Part shown: in pieces, positions 1 to 8,533 of the stretch
Layout: each line of letters begins with the position of its first letter
How positions within the stretch are numbered: the first letter of the stretch is position 1
IMG/VR virus record: IMGVR_UViG_3300044852_000058
Location: 1-33,370 of that record
Reading direction: 5' to 3' (one strand)
DNA: 33,370 nt
Source of the DNA: a virus
Taxonomy: Duplodnaviria; Caudoviricetes
Notes under the pieces: generated by a model
The model's database searches: none
The model's input: the letters and a program-made list of their open reading frames with translations, nothing else
What the model was told of the DNA's origin: nothing
Position numbers and translations under genes: made by a program

Positions 1-127
1 CACCGGCCCGCGGAACCACACGCCCGGGAAGGACAGGACGGCCTTGAGCTCCATTTGGGGGTCATTGCCGCCGGTGACGCGCACCTCACTGAGGGCGTTC
101 AGCTGGGCGGTGGCGGACCCCGGCGTG
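1..127. repeat. 127-bp terminal direct repeat (identical to 33244-33370); circular assembly overlap
   Basis: First 127 nt match the last 127 nt and fall inside one continuous ORF; 127 is a typical assembler k-mer length. Confidence 0.95.
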
Positions 128-378
128 CCCTCCCTGGTGTATTCCAGGGAGGGCTGCAGGAACACCGATTTGAGGGCGTCCAGGGTGGACCGGGTGCAGC
201 CCACCGAGACGGGCAGCACGGGGGTGTCCTGGGTGCCCGGCATGGGCACCGAACCGTCAACACCGGGGACGGTGAGGGACGGCCGGGCCATTGCGGTCGC
301 GGCCGTCCACTCGCTGGCTTCCAGGTACGTCCACCCGCGGGCGGTGTCGTCCAGGCTTACGCCGTTGATGCTAGGCAA
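1..378 (-). CDS. Distal tail / minor tail protein, 5' part (continues across the junction to 32836)
   Basis: TTG at 378 with GGAG upstream, overlapping the tape measure stop; reads MPSINGVSLDDTARGWTYLEASEW... in frame with the 32836-33327 ORF; about 261 aa in total; directly follows tape measure. Confidence 0.8.
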   Translation of the reverse strand, partial: MPSINGVSLDDTARGWTYLEASEWTAATAMARPSLTVPGVDGSVPMPGTQDTPVLPVSVGCTRSTLDALKSVFLQPSLEYTREGTPGSATAQLNALSEVRVTGGNDPQMELKAVLSFPGVWFRGPV

Positions 379-2533
379 TTGCCGCTCCAATGAACTGGCC
401 GGCCTTGCGCAGCGTCTCGCTGGTAGGTTCGGCGACGGGGTTGTTAAGGGTCAGGCTGAGGGTGTGGCCGCCCGTGCCGGCGGTGCCGAGGTTGGCAGCC
501 GGGTGGTCCAGCGGGATGACCGAAGCGCCCTGCGGAAGGCGGAGCAGCTCGGGGCCCGCCTCGCCGATAAGGACGGTGCCGGACCCGGTGACGGTGCCGC
601 CGGTAGCCAGGCCGGGGATGCCCCCGCCGGATCCGCGGATGTTGTCGGCCGCCTTGTGGGCGCCGCCCATAACGTCACCGATGAACCCGCCGAACCCGCC
701 GAACGCGTCGCCGATGGCCTTGGCTGCCTTCCCGGCCCATTCAATGATTCCGTTGAAGAAGTCAGCCACGGCGGTCTGCCCGCCGACGAACACGTCATGC
801 ACGAACTGGCCGAGCGGGGCGAAGAATTCGCCGATGCCGCGCGCGACGTCGCCGGCGCCGCTGACCATTCCGTTCCAAATGCCAGCTACGAACTGGCCGG
901 CTTCGCCTATCCATTTACCGATTGCCGCCGCGGTGGCCTGGAACTCCTTGACCATGCGCGACAGGGTGCCGCCGGTGATGGAGTCGATGTAGCCGAACAC
1001 GATGGTGAAGACGTCTTTGAAGAATTGGATGACTGAGCCGATGGCGTTTCCGGCGGTCCGGAACACCGACACGACCCAGCCCACCGCGGCGTTCCAGCCG
1101 GACACGATGCCGGCTGTCAGCCCGTTCCACCAGGTGCCTACGGCTTTGATGCCGTCACCGAGCCCGTTCATGATTTCGCCCCAATGGGTGGCCAGGAAGG
1201 TGATACCGACCACAAGCAGGGCGATGGCGGCCATGATGCCCAGGATGATCCAGGTGACCGGGTTGGCCAGGGCGGCGGCGTTCCATACCCATTGCGCTGC
1301 GGCGACCGCACCGATGGCCAGGCCGATGCCTATAAGGATCTGGCTCACGACCGGGTTAGCGGCCAGCCACTGGAAGAATTGCAGGGCAGCGCCGGCGAAC
1401 TCTTTCAGCTGCGGGATGAGGGGCTGCAGCGCCTGGCCGAGGCCCTGGGTGAGGGTGCGGTGCAGGCCGGCCAGCTGGGTGTCCCACCCGCCGGCGTTGT
1501 TCACCAGGTTGTCGGCAGCGCCCTTGAGGTCGCCCAGGCCGGCCGTGGCCTTGGATGGATCCAGGGACAGGAGGGCGGTCTGCATGTCTTCGGACTGGGT
1601 GCCGAACAATGCCACCGAGGCCGCGGTGCGGTCCACCGGGTCCTTCATGTCCCGGAGCTTGTCCAGGGTCTGCTGCAGGGCCTCTTTGGCTTTGGGGCCG
1701 CCGGCGGCGATTTTCTGTGCCATGTCGTCGGCGTTCAGGCCGATGGCCTTGAAGCCGTCTGCGGTCGTCTTGGATCCGTCTTTGGCCCGGATGTTGAACT
1801 CTTTGAGCCCGTCGGCGACCAGGTCGGAACTACGGGCGCCGGCCGTCAGGCCCTGGTTCAGCAGGCCCATGGACTCGGCACCGTCAAGGCCCAGAGTCTT
1901 GAATTGGACGCTGTACTCGTTGATGGTGTCCAGGCCGTCCTCGGCCATTTTCTTATTGCCCTGGAAGCCCTTGGTCATTTGATCGAAGGCGGCGTCCATG
2001 GACGGGGCCAGGCCGTTGCGGACCAGTTGCGCGGCGGATGAGGCCACCGCGTTGGCGTCCTGGCCGAAGGTCTGGGCGAATGCCGTGGACTTGGTGGTCA
2101 GCTTGGCGATGTCGCCGGAGTCGCCCAGGTCGTTCAGTGCCTGGCCGACGGTTGCCGCCGTGTCGGCGACCGCGTCCAGGGAGTCGCCCCACCCGGAGGC
2201 GAAGGCCTTGCCGGAGGCGTCGGCGATTTCCTTAGCGTATGCCGGGGTGGTGCCCAGCTGTGCCTGGATGGTGCCGGGCAGGTCAGCCTGGGCCATGCCC
2301 TCGTGGATGCCCACGGCCAGGGCGCCGGTGGCTGCCAGGCCTACGGCTTTGGACTTTTCCTGCAGGCCCTTCTTGAGCTCGTTAGAGGTGTTCTCTGCCG
2401 CCTTCTTGCCGCCCCGGGTGCCTGAGGCGCCCATTTCTTTTTCGATTTCCTCGCCCATTTTGGATGAGTCAACCGTCAGGGAGACGTAGCCGACGGCCAG
2501 TTCGACGCCGTTTGGTTTCTGCTTATCGGCCAT
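371..2533 (-). CDS. Tail tape measure protein
   Basis: 720 aa, Ala/Gly-rich; N-terminal ELAVGYVSL and DTINEYSVQF...ADGLKEFNIR core; periodic W/F repeats; follows tail chaperones. Confidence 0.93.
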   Translation of the reverse strand: MADKQKPNGVELAVGYVSLTVDSSKMGEEIEKEMGASGTRGGKKAAENTSNELKKGLQEKSKAVGLAATGALAVGIHEGMAQADLPGTIQAQLGTTPAYAKEIADASGKAFASGWGDSLDAVADTAATVGQALNDLGDSGDIAKLTTKSTAFAQTFGQDANAVASSAAQLVRNGLAPSMDAAFDQMTKGFQGNKKMAEDGLDTINEYSVQFKTLGLDGAESMGLLNQGLTAGARSSDLVADGLKEFNIRAKDGSKTTADGFKAIGLNADDMAQKIAAGGPKAKEALQQTLDKLRDMKDPVDRTAASVALFGTQSEDMQTALLSLDPSKATAGLGDLKGAADNLVNNAGGWDTQLAGLHRTLTQGLGQALQPLIPQLKEFAGAALQFFQWLAANPVVSQILIGIGLAIGAVAAAQWVWNAAALANPVTWIILGIMAAIALLVVGITFLATHWGEIMNGLGDGIKAVGTWWNGLTAGIVSGWNAAVGWVVSVFRTAGNAIGSVIQFFKDVFTIVFGYIDSITGGTLSRMVKEFQATAAAIGKWIGEAGQFVAGIWNGMVSGAGDVARGIGEFFAPLGQFVHDVFVGGQTAVADFFNGIIEWAGKAAKAIGDAFGGFGGFIGDVMGGAHKAADNIRGSGGGIPGLATGGTVTGSGTVLIGEAGPELLRLPQGASVIPLDHPAANLGTAGTGGHTLSLTLNNPVAEPTSETLRKAGQFIGAAIA

Positions 2534-2921
2534 TTTTGCGCTCCAGGAATTTCTTGATGTCGGCCAGGTCAGCGGACTGACCCTTGGTCTCGTTTTTGGT
2601 GCCGGCAGCGAGGGCGCCGGGGCGCTCGTACATGTCGGGCTTTTGCATGCGGCCGCCGTGCGCCCGGTTGTACTGGTAGAAGTCGAACAGCGCGATGTCG
2701 CGGGCCTCGGCCAGCAGGGCAGTTTCGACGCTCCAGGCGTGGCCGTTCACGCTGCGGTAGATGGCCGTGGTGTGGTCGGCGTAGCGGGCCAGGGCCCACA
2801 TGTCGGCCCAGGTCAATTCCGGGGTGCCGAGTTGGCTGTACCTGACGCCGACGCGCATGAGGTCAGCGCGGACGGCCTCCTCATGGGCGTCGATGAAGTT
2901 GAGAAGGCTTAGGATTTTCCC
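2523..2921 (-). CDS. Tail assembly chaperone, frameshifted C-terminal extension (gpGT-like; full product 3196->2523)
   Basis: The -1 frame from GGGAAAA reads GKILSLLNFIDAHEEAVRADLMRVGVRYSQ... open to 2523. Confidence 0.85.
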   Translation of the reverse strand, partial: GKILSLLNFIDAHEEAVRADLMRVGVRYSQLGTPELTWADMWALARYADHTTAIYRSVNGHAWSVETALLAEARDIALFDFYQYNRAHGGRMQKPDMYERPGALAAGTKNETKGQSADLADIKKFLERKNGR

Positions 2922-3196
2922 AGGTTCGGGTCCCCGGCCGTGGCCCAGGCCTGCACGAAGCCCTTCAGCTGACCGATTTCCAGATCGAGCAGCAGCTCGC
3001 GGGATGCGTCCGTGTCGGCGATGTCCAGGACGTCGTCGATAGTGGTCTCTTTGCGGTGCTGCATGTCGCGGACCTGCCGCAGGGTCAGGGTGCTGACCGC
3101 CGGGACGTCGATGCGCTTGCGGGTGCCGGGGACGGTCCAGGTGAACCGGTCCTGGTTGATGCTCTTTTTGTTTGCGGGGACTGCTCGTGTGGCCAT
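2909..3196 (-). CDS. Tail assembly chaperone (gpG-like)
   Basis: ATG at 3196 after GAAAGG RBS; 95 aa MATRAVPANKK...NLGKS; between major tail and tape measure genes. Confidence 0.85.
   Translation of the reverse strand: MATRAVPANKKSINQDRFTWTVPGTRKRIDVPAVSTLTLRQVRDMQHRKETTIDDVLDIADTDASRELLLDLEIGQLKGFVQAWATAGDPNLGKS
2915..2921 (-). other. Programmed -1 ribosomal frameshift slippery site G GGA AAA
   Basis: CTG GGA AAA TCC TAA at the end of the chaperone ORF; canonical actinophage slippery heptamer. Confidence 0.88.
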
Positions 3197-3243
3197 TGCC
3201 GTGCCTTTCGAAGGATGTGGGTGCCGTGTCTTAGGGGTGGTGC

Positions 3244-3281
3244 ACCCCGGGCGGGCGCACGGCAATGTTCCCGCCCGGGGT
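3244..3281 (-). terminator. GC-rich hairpin after major tail gene (terminator/stabiliser)
   Basis: ACCCCGGGCGGG...CCCGCCCGGGGT 12-bp inverted repeat; no strong U-tract. Confidence 0.5.
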
Positions 3282-3296
3282 TGTTCATGGGACCTA

Positions 3297-3887
3297 CTAC
3301 GGGGCGATGACGGCCTCGGGGCCGTCGCCGAACTCCTGGTAGGTCTTGGCCTTGTCCTCGTTCTCGTCGTCCATGGCCTGGATCGTGATGGGGTAGGTGA
3401 CTTCCTCGCCGATGCCGAAGTGGGCGTCGCCGACCTTCACGACCTGGCCGATGGCGACCACTTCGCGCAGGCTGTTCACGCCGTCAGCCATTTCAAACAC
3501 GAAGGACCGCAGCGGCATGGCCTTGGCGTTGTGCTTGATCTCGATGACGCCGGCCGCGTTCTTGGTGACGTTCTCGGGGCCGAACACCTCAATGAGGGCG
3601 GGCATGTCGGACTGCATGAGGGTCAGGTCGTAGGACACGTGCTTGACCTTCGGGACGCTCTTGATGAGCTTCGAGCCGGCGGCGATGACCTCGTGCTGGT
3701 CAACGCTCGTGGCGCGCTTGAGGCCGTCCTTGTTGACGTAGCCGGGGCACTTGAACGCGGGGTCAAGGGCCGTCTTGGCGTCGGTGGGCAGCTCCGTGCC
3801 GACCGGTGCGGCGTAGAAGCCGCCGGTGGCGCGGAAGTTGGTGACCAGGATGTCGGCGCCCTGGTGCGGGTTTGCGGGAATAGCCAT
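3297..3887 (-). CDS. Major tail (tube) protein
   Basis: 196 aa; GGFYAAPVGTELPTDA...GYVNKDGL motif typical of actinophage major tail proteins; synteny. Confidence 0.88.
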   Translation of the reverse strand: MAIPANPHQGADILVTNFRATGGFYAAPVGTELPTDAKTALDPAFKCPGYVNKDGLKRATSVDQHEVIAAGSKLIKSVPKVKHVSYDLTLMQSDMPALIEVFGPENVTKNAAGVIEIKHNAKAMPLRSFVFEMADGVNSLREVVAIGQVVKVGDAHFGIGEEVTYPITIQAMDDENEDKAKTYQEFGDGPEAVIAP

Positions 3888-3925
3888 GGTTGTGTCCCTT
3901 TCCGGGGTACTTGTTGCGGGGTTGG

Positions 3926-4345
3926 TCAGGCAGCCGTGCCGCGGAGGCGGACGGTGGCCGTCTGCGTGTACCGGCTCATTCCTGTGCGCGGGTCAGGCAG
4001 GTTTTGCGGGGTGGCGGTCTGCTCCACCAGGTAGATCCCGGAGGCGGAGTCGTACTGGGCGCCGTACAGGATCGCGCCGACAAGCTCGGCCAGCTCGGCG
4101 GCTGCGGCTTCGGTGTCGGCGTAGGCCTCCAGCAGCACGGTGGCGTCCTTGATGACCAGGCCGGCGCGGATGCCGCCGATGACCTGGATGCGGACGTGCT
4201 CGGTATTGCCCGGCCCTGTGCGGGTGTCGGTCGGCAGCTTGGTGGCCACGGCGGTGGTGCGGCCGCGGGCGGTCAGCAGGTTCTGGATGTAGGTACCGAC
4301 CAGGGATTCGACGCCGGGGAACACGATGAGTTCCATGCCGCTCAC
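3926..4345 (-). CDS. Tail terminator protein
   Basis: 139 aa; PQNLPDPRTGMSRY motif; directly upstream of major tail gene. Confidence 0.75.
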   Translation of the reverse strand: MSGMELIVFPGVESLVGTYIQNLLTARGRTTAVATKLPTDTRTGPGNTEHVRIQVIGGIRAGLVIKDATVLLEAYADTEAAAAELAELVGAILYGAQYDSASGIYLVEQTATPQNLPDPRTGMSRYTQTATVRLRGTAA

Positions 4346-4659
4346 CCCTTGGCCTTTTCGAACGCGCGGGTCAGGACGCGGGCGGTGGCCTCGGCCTCGA
4401 CGGCTGGGCGGTTGGCGGTGCGCACCGAGACGCGGGCACGACGCCGGGGGCCTTTGCCCTTGGACTTGTCGATGGCCATGCCCTGGGTGGTCTTGCCGTC
4501 GGAGGGCTCGAAGCCGGCGGCCTCGGCTGCGCCGGTGGCGTCAACGGCGACAAGCTTGGCCCGCCGCAGCAGGTCCTCCATGACGCCGGGACTTGTGCGG
4601 ATCTGGGCGAACCCGGAATTCTTCAGGGTGACCCTGACTACTGCACCGTTCTCGGGCAT
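4342..4659 (-). CDS. Neck/tail completion protein (HK97 gp10-like position)
   Basis: ATG at 4659 overlaps the upstream stop; MPENGAVVRVTLKNSGF...RARVSV...AEATARVLTRA; synteny. Confidence 0.65.
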   Translation of the reverse strand: MPENGAVVRVTLKNSGFAQIRTSPGVMEDLLRRAKLVAVDATGAAEAAGFEPSDGKTTQGMAIDKSKGKGPRRRARVSVRTANRPAVEAEATARVLTRAFEKAKG

Positions 4660-5012
4660 TAGCTGAGGCTCCTTAGTGTCGTCTCGCTGTGAGCCAGGGA
4701 CCCCGTGGGGCTCTGGTAGTTGAGGGGCTCGCCGATGACCTCGAACCACCGGGTGCGGCCGGTCGGGTCCGTGTACTCGAGCCGGTCAGTGTTGGCCAGG
4801 TCGATGCCGTACGGGCCCATGAGGCGCCACGCGGAGACCGCGCCGGTCAGGTCGGACGGTTCGGCCAGCACCGCGGATTCAGGCATGGGCTGTATGCGGA
4901 TGTTCTCGATGGTGAGGCGGTCCGTGGTGGCCCAGTCCCGGTCCCCGCCGTGGATCCCCGTGGTCAGGGTGGCCCGGTGGCGGGTGGCGGATTCGGTATA
5001 GAAGGACCTCAT
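4659..5012 (-). CDS. Head-to-tail stopper
   Basis: 117 aa; WFEVIGEP motif; follows adaptor. Confidence 0.72.
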   Translation of the reverse strand: MRSFYTESATRHRATLTTGIHGGDRDWATTDRLTIENIRIQPMPESAVLAEPSDLTGAVSAWRLMGPYGIDLANTDRLEYTDPTGRTRWFEVIGEPLNYQSPTGSLAHSETTLRSLS

Positions 5013-5587
5013 GCGCGGGCCACGATGGAACCGATGCGGCGCGGAAAGGCCCGGTCAAGACGGTCCTTTTCGGACTTCACCAGGTCACCGACGCCCTGGT
5101 GTGAATCCCAGCCGAAGGTCTGAGCCTCACTGCCGCCGGACTCCTGCTGCACGCCGCCGCGCAGGCCCGGGCTTAGCTGTTCCAGCCGGGAGGCGATGGC
5201 GCACACGATTTCCACGATGTGGTCCGGGATGACCGGCCAGCCGAAGGTGTACTCGATCGTCAGGACGTCGTTGGGGACGTAATCCCAGATGTTGCTGAAG
5301 GACGTCTGCAGCGGCCGCGGGTTCGCGGTGCGCAGGATCCCGCCGGGCTGCAGGACGTAGGGCAGCTCGTTGTCCCATGCGTCTTTGACGCTGGTGACTT
5401 CGCGGACCGGACGGCCGGGCAGCTTGATGAGGGAGCCGCGGCCGGTGATGGTGGCCGTGGTCAGGCTGATCCGCTGCCGGGTGTAGCCGCGGACGCGGGC
5501 GGAGGCCTTGGCCAGGTTCTCGGTGGAGACGTCGCCGTAGCCGAAGCGCAGGGCGTCGTTAGGGGTGGCCAGTGGTGTGTCAGCCAT
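5009..5587 (-). CDS. Head-to-tail adaptor
   Basis: 192 aa; LAKASARVRGY and IEYTFGW..IPD motifs; directly after capsid gene. Confidence 0.78.
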   Translation of the reverse strand: MADTPLATPNDALRFGYGDVSTENLAKASARVRGYTRQRISLTTATITGRGSLIKLPGRPVREVTSVKDAWDNELPYVLQPGGILRTANPRPLQTSFSNIWDYVPNDVLTIEYTFGWPVIPDHIVEIVCAIASRLEQLSPGLRGGVQQESGGSEAQTFGWDSHQGVGDLVKSEKDRLDRAFPRRIGSIVARA

Positions 5588-5677
5588 TGACGGCCTCCTG
5601 TGAAGTTTTGAGGGGTGAGGGGGCGGCCGCCCGGCCCGCGTTATGTTGCGGACCGGGCAGCCTGGTGGAAGCCGTTA

Positions 5678-6520
5678 CTACGCGGCGGCCGGGGTGCCTT
5701 CGGACTTGAAGACCACGACGCCGGCGGGGCGGGTGACCTTCGAGCCGTAGACGTTGAGCCCGCGCACGATGTCGGCGGCGGACTCGGTGGAGCGCAGCGC
5801 CTCCGTGCTGTTCAGCTGCGACACGAAGGACGCGGCCTTGGAGTGGTAGCCCACTGCGGTCGGAACCGTGAGGTCAGCCGGGAAGCACGGGGATTCCAGG
5901 ACGGTCAGGCCGTACAGGCGGGTGACCTGGCCGTTGCGCAGGGACTCGTCGGACCCGGCGTGGTTGACGTCGCTGAGGCCCTCGAGGAGCAGGTCAGCGA
6001 AGTCCGGGTTGACCACGACGAAGCGGTCGGCCACGGGGACCTTGGCCTTGGTCAGGGCGGTGCGGATCGCCTTGATAGCGTTCTTGGCCTTGACCGCGGT
6101 GTCGATCTTCACCGGGGCGGAGCCCACGACGTTGATAGACGTGCCGTTGGCGACCAGGTCGGCGATGGCGTGGGTCTCGGCGTCCTCGGCCAGCTTTTCG
6201 CCGTGCTCGCGGGTGTAGGGCTCGAGGGAGCCGGCAGCCTGTGCGGCGTCGACGTCGTCAACCAGGAAGGAGTAGCCCTTTTCCTGGTCGATGAGCAGGG
6301 TGACCTTGTCCGGGTTGAGGTTCTCGGACGTGAACTTACGGCCGGCGGCCTTGTAGTCCACGATGGTCGGGTTCGAGGAACCGACGATGCGGACGGCGTT
6401 GCCGCTCTTGGCTTCGCCTTCGTGGTCGTGGTTCAGCGTCGGGATGACGATCTGAGCCGCGGCGTACGCGGTTTCGACCTGGGCGGAGACAATCTCGGGG
6501 ATGAAGTTGACGGTGCTCAT
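5678..6520 (-). CDS. Major capsid protein
   Basis: 280 aa; NFIPEIVSA...LLIDQEK...DIVRGLNVYGSKVTRP capsid-family motifs; AAGGAAG RBS. Confidence 0.92.
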   Translation of the reverse strand: MSTVNFIPEIVSAQVETAYAAAQIVIPTLNHDHEGEAKSGNAVRIVGSSNPTIVDYKAAGRKFTSENLNPDKVTLLIDQEKGYSFLVDDVDAAQAAGSLEPYTREHGEKLAEDAETHAIADLVANGTSINVVGSAPVKIDTAVKAKNAIKAIRTALTKAKVPVADRFVVVNPDFADLLLEGLSDVNHAGSDESLRNGQVTRLYGLTVLESPCFPADLTVPTAVGYHSKAASFVSQLNSTEALRSTESAADIVRGLNVYGSKVTRPAGVVVFKSEGTPAAA

Positions 6521-6562
6521 AACTTCCTTTCGGGAAGGGGTTGGTACTGCTTGGTGATGGGG

Positions 6563-7153
6563 TTACTTTTTGCCCTGAAGCACGTCCAGGCGACCGGCGG
6601 CCAGGGCGGCCATAACCTCGGTCGGGGACATGCTCTTGAGCACCTCGCGGCTGGTGATCTGCCCCTCGGGTGCGACCGGCTTACCGGTCACGGTTGAGGC
6701 GGCAGCGTCCTGCACGGGGGCCTTGGGGACGCCCTTGAACGTCAGCAGCGCGTCAGCCGCGGCCTCCAGTTCTTCCTGGGTGGACCCGGTGAGCAGCTCG
6801 GCGGGGACGCCCTTGGCGGCAGCCACCTGAGACTTCAGTGAGGTGGACCGCTCCGTGGCCAGTTCGGCCTGGATGCGTGCCAGCTCGTCCTGGGCTTTCT
6901 GCAGCTCGGTCTTCTTCGATTCCTCGAGGGTGTCGAACTGCTTGGCCTTGTCGGCGTTGGCCTTGGCCTGGTCCTCGTTCTTGCGCGACAAGGACTTCCA
7001 CTTGGTGATTTCAGCCAGGGCGGAAGCCAGGTCGGCGGGCTCGGTGGACTGGCCGGCGTCGGCTGCGTCAGCGGGCGCCGTTGCGGCTCCTGCGTCTGCG
7101 GGTGTGACGGTGGCTTCGGCGGGTGCTGCGGTTCCAGGGGCGATTCCGGACAT
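6563..7153 (-). CDS. Capsid scaffolding protein
   Basis: 196 aa; KWKSLSRKNEDQAKAN, coiled coil, GVPAELLTGSTQEELEAAADALL. Confidence 0.88.
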   Translation of the reverse strand: MSGIAPGTAAPAEATVTPADAGAATAPADAADAGQSTEPADLASALAEITKWKSLSRKNEDQAKANADKAKQFDTLEESKKTELQKAQDELARIQAELATERSTSLKSQVAAAKGVPAELLTGSTQEELEAAADALLTFKGVPKAPVQDAAASTVTGKPVAPEGQITSREVLKSMSPTEVMAALAAGRLDVLQGKK

Positions 7154-7229
7154 GTGGTGTTTCCTCTTCCCGTTTCGGGTCTTTTGGTGGGTGCCTCGGC
7201 CGTTGCGGCGTTGGCGTTGTCCTGCCGTG

Positions 7230-7261
7230 TGCGCGCTTGCGCAGGTGCGCAGACGCGCGGG
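7230..7261. repeat. 8-bp-periodic TGCGC array (parS-like)
   Basis: TGCGCGCT TGCGCAGG TGCGCAGA CGCGCGGG in the intergenic gap; resembles the repeats flanking parA and its partner. Confidence 0.4.
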
Positions 7262-7279
7262 CAGGTGGTCTGTGAAGTG

Positions 7280-8533
7280 CTAGACCGTCTTGCGGGCCAG
7301 CTGTGCGCGAAGCGTGGCCAGGTTGGCCTCGAGCTTGCGGAATTCGGCAGTGGGCTTGTGGTCTGCGGCGCTGTACCCCTCGGGGTAACCGTCGGGCATG
7401 ATCTGCACCAGGCCGCCGCGGTCCTTGGCTGCCTGCCGGGCAACTTCCCACCGGCGGATGCCTTCCAGTTTCTTGGCCTGGTAGGCGACCTTGCGGCGCA
7501 GGACCGTGATGGCCTGCTGCTGTGCGGCGGTCTTCGGCTTAGCGGCCTTGGGTGCCTTTGTGGCGGCCTCGGCGGCGGGCGCCGGGCGTTCCTTCGGGCG
7601 GGCCGATGCGGGGAGGTCCTTGACCGTCGTGAAGCTGTGCTGTGCCCAGTGCAGGACCGGTCCAATCTCGCCGTGTTCGGACACGGCCAGGTCGGTGAAT
7701 TCCGGGGCGCGGGTCGTGCCGTCGGCGGTGCGGATCTCACCGGACGCGGTCACCTGTTCGGCGCGGACCGCGGACGTGGCCGCCGGTGCCGGCCGGAAGG
7801 CCGTGCCCTTGACGTCGCTGAGGTCCTCGAACACGCCGGCCCGTGAACCGTTGGGCGGCATTTCCTCGACGCCGCAGTCGCAGTGGTCGTGGATGGGGGC
7901 CAGGCTGCCGGTCTTGTAGTAGTGCTTGGCGGCCAGGTCGCAGATGGGGCAATTCTCTTTGCCCGTCGTCACCCGGCGGTACAGCTGGGCGCCGGAGTGC
8001 TTCAGCGACTTGGCGGCCTGGGTGGTCTTGGCCAGCTGCATGTCTGTTGCGGCCATGGTCAGCAGGCGGGCCAGGCCCGCGGCCTTGGCGTCCTCGAAGG
8101 ACACGCCCTTGGACAGTGCCGTGTAGACGGTCACCACGGGACGGCGGTACACGTCGGCGACGGGCACGCCCCGGACACCGGCGATGGCTGACCGGTCCAC
8201 CCCGGCAGGGGAGTAGGGGACCCCGCGCAGCAGGACGGCCTGCTGTGCCAGGTACACCGAGGTGAGCCGGGCAATAGCAAGTTGCCCGGACTCAACCAGT
8301 GGTGTGATTTGCCGCACCAGGCGGTCTGCGTCCTCGTCCCGCATGTTCGCCGAACCGTTCCAGGCTGCCTCTATGAGGGTCAGGATGCGGTTGCGAACCG
8401 TGGACACGGCGTGTTCATGGCCGTTGCGGAGGCGGACCGCCTCGGCGGTGTCACCCGGCTGTGATGGCACGGGCGGGTGAAGGTCCACCCGGTCCTGTGC
8501 CGATGGCGGCGGGAGTTGATCCAGGTTGACCAC
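7280..8533 (-). CDS. MuF-like / capsid maturation (minor head) protein; true start possibly GTG at 8470
   Basis: Between portal and scaffold; YRRV...CPIC...PIHDHCDC motif; Ala/Lys-rich linker and C-terminal extension. Confidence 0.75.
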   Translation of the reverse strand: MVNLDQLPPPSAQDRVDLHPPVPSQPGDTAEAVRLRNGHEHAVSTVRNRILTLIEAAWNGSANMRDEDADRLVRQITPLVESGQLAIARLTSVYLAQQAVLLRGVPYSPAGVDRSAIAGVRGVPVADVYRRPVVTVYTALSKGVSFEDAKAAGLARLLTMAATDMQLAKTTQAAKSLKHSGAQLYRRVTTGKENCPICDLAAKHYYKTGSLAPIHDHCDCGVEEMPPNGSRAGVFEDLSDVKGTAFRPAPAATSAVRAEQVTASGEIRTADGTTRAPEFTDLAVSEHGEIGPVLHWAQHSFTTVKDLPASARPKERPAPAAEAATKAPKAAKPKTAAQQQAITVLRRKVAYQAKKLEGIRRWEVARQAAKDRGGLVQIMPDGYPEGYSAADHKPTAEFRKLEANLATLRAQLARKTV

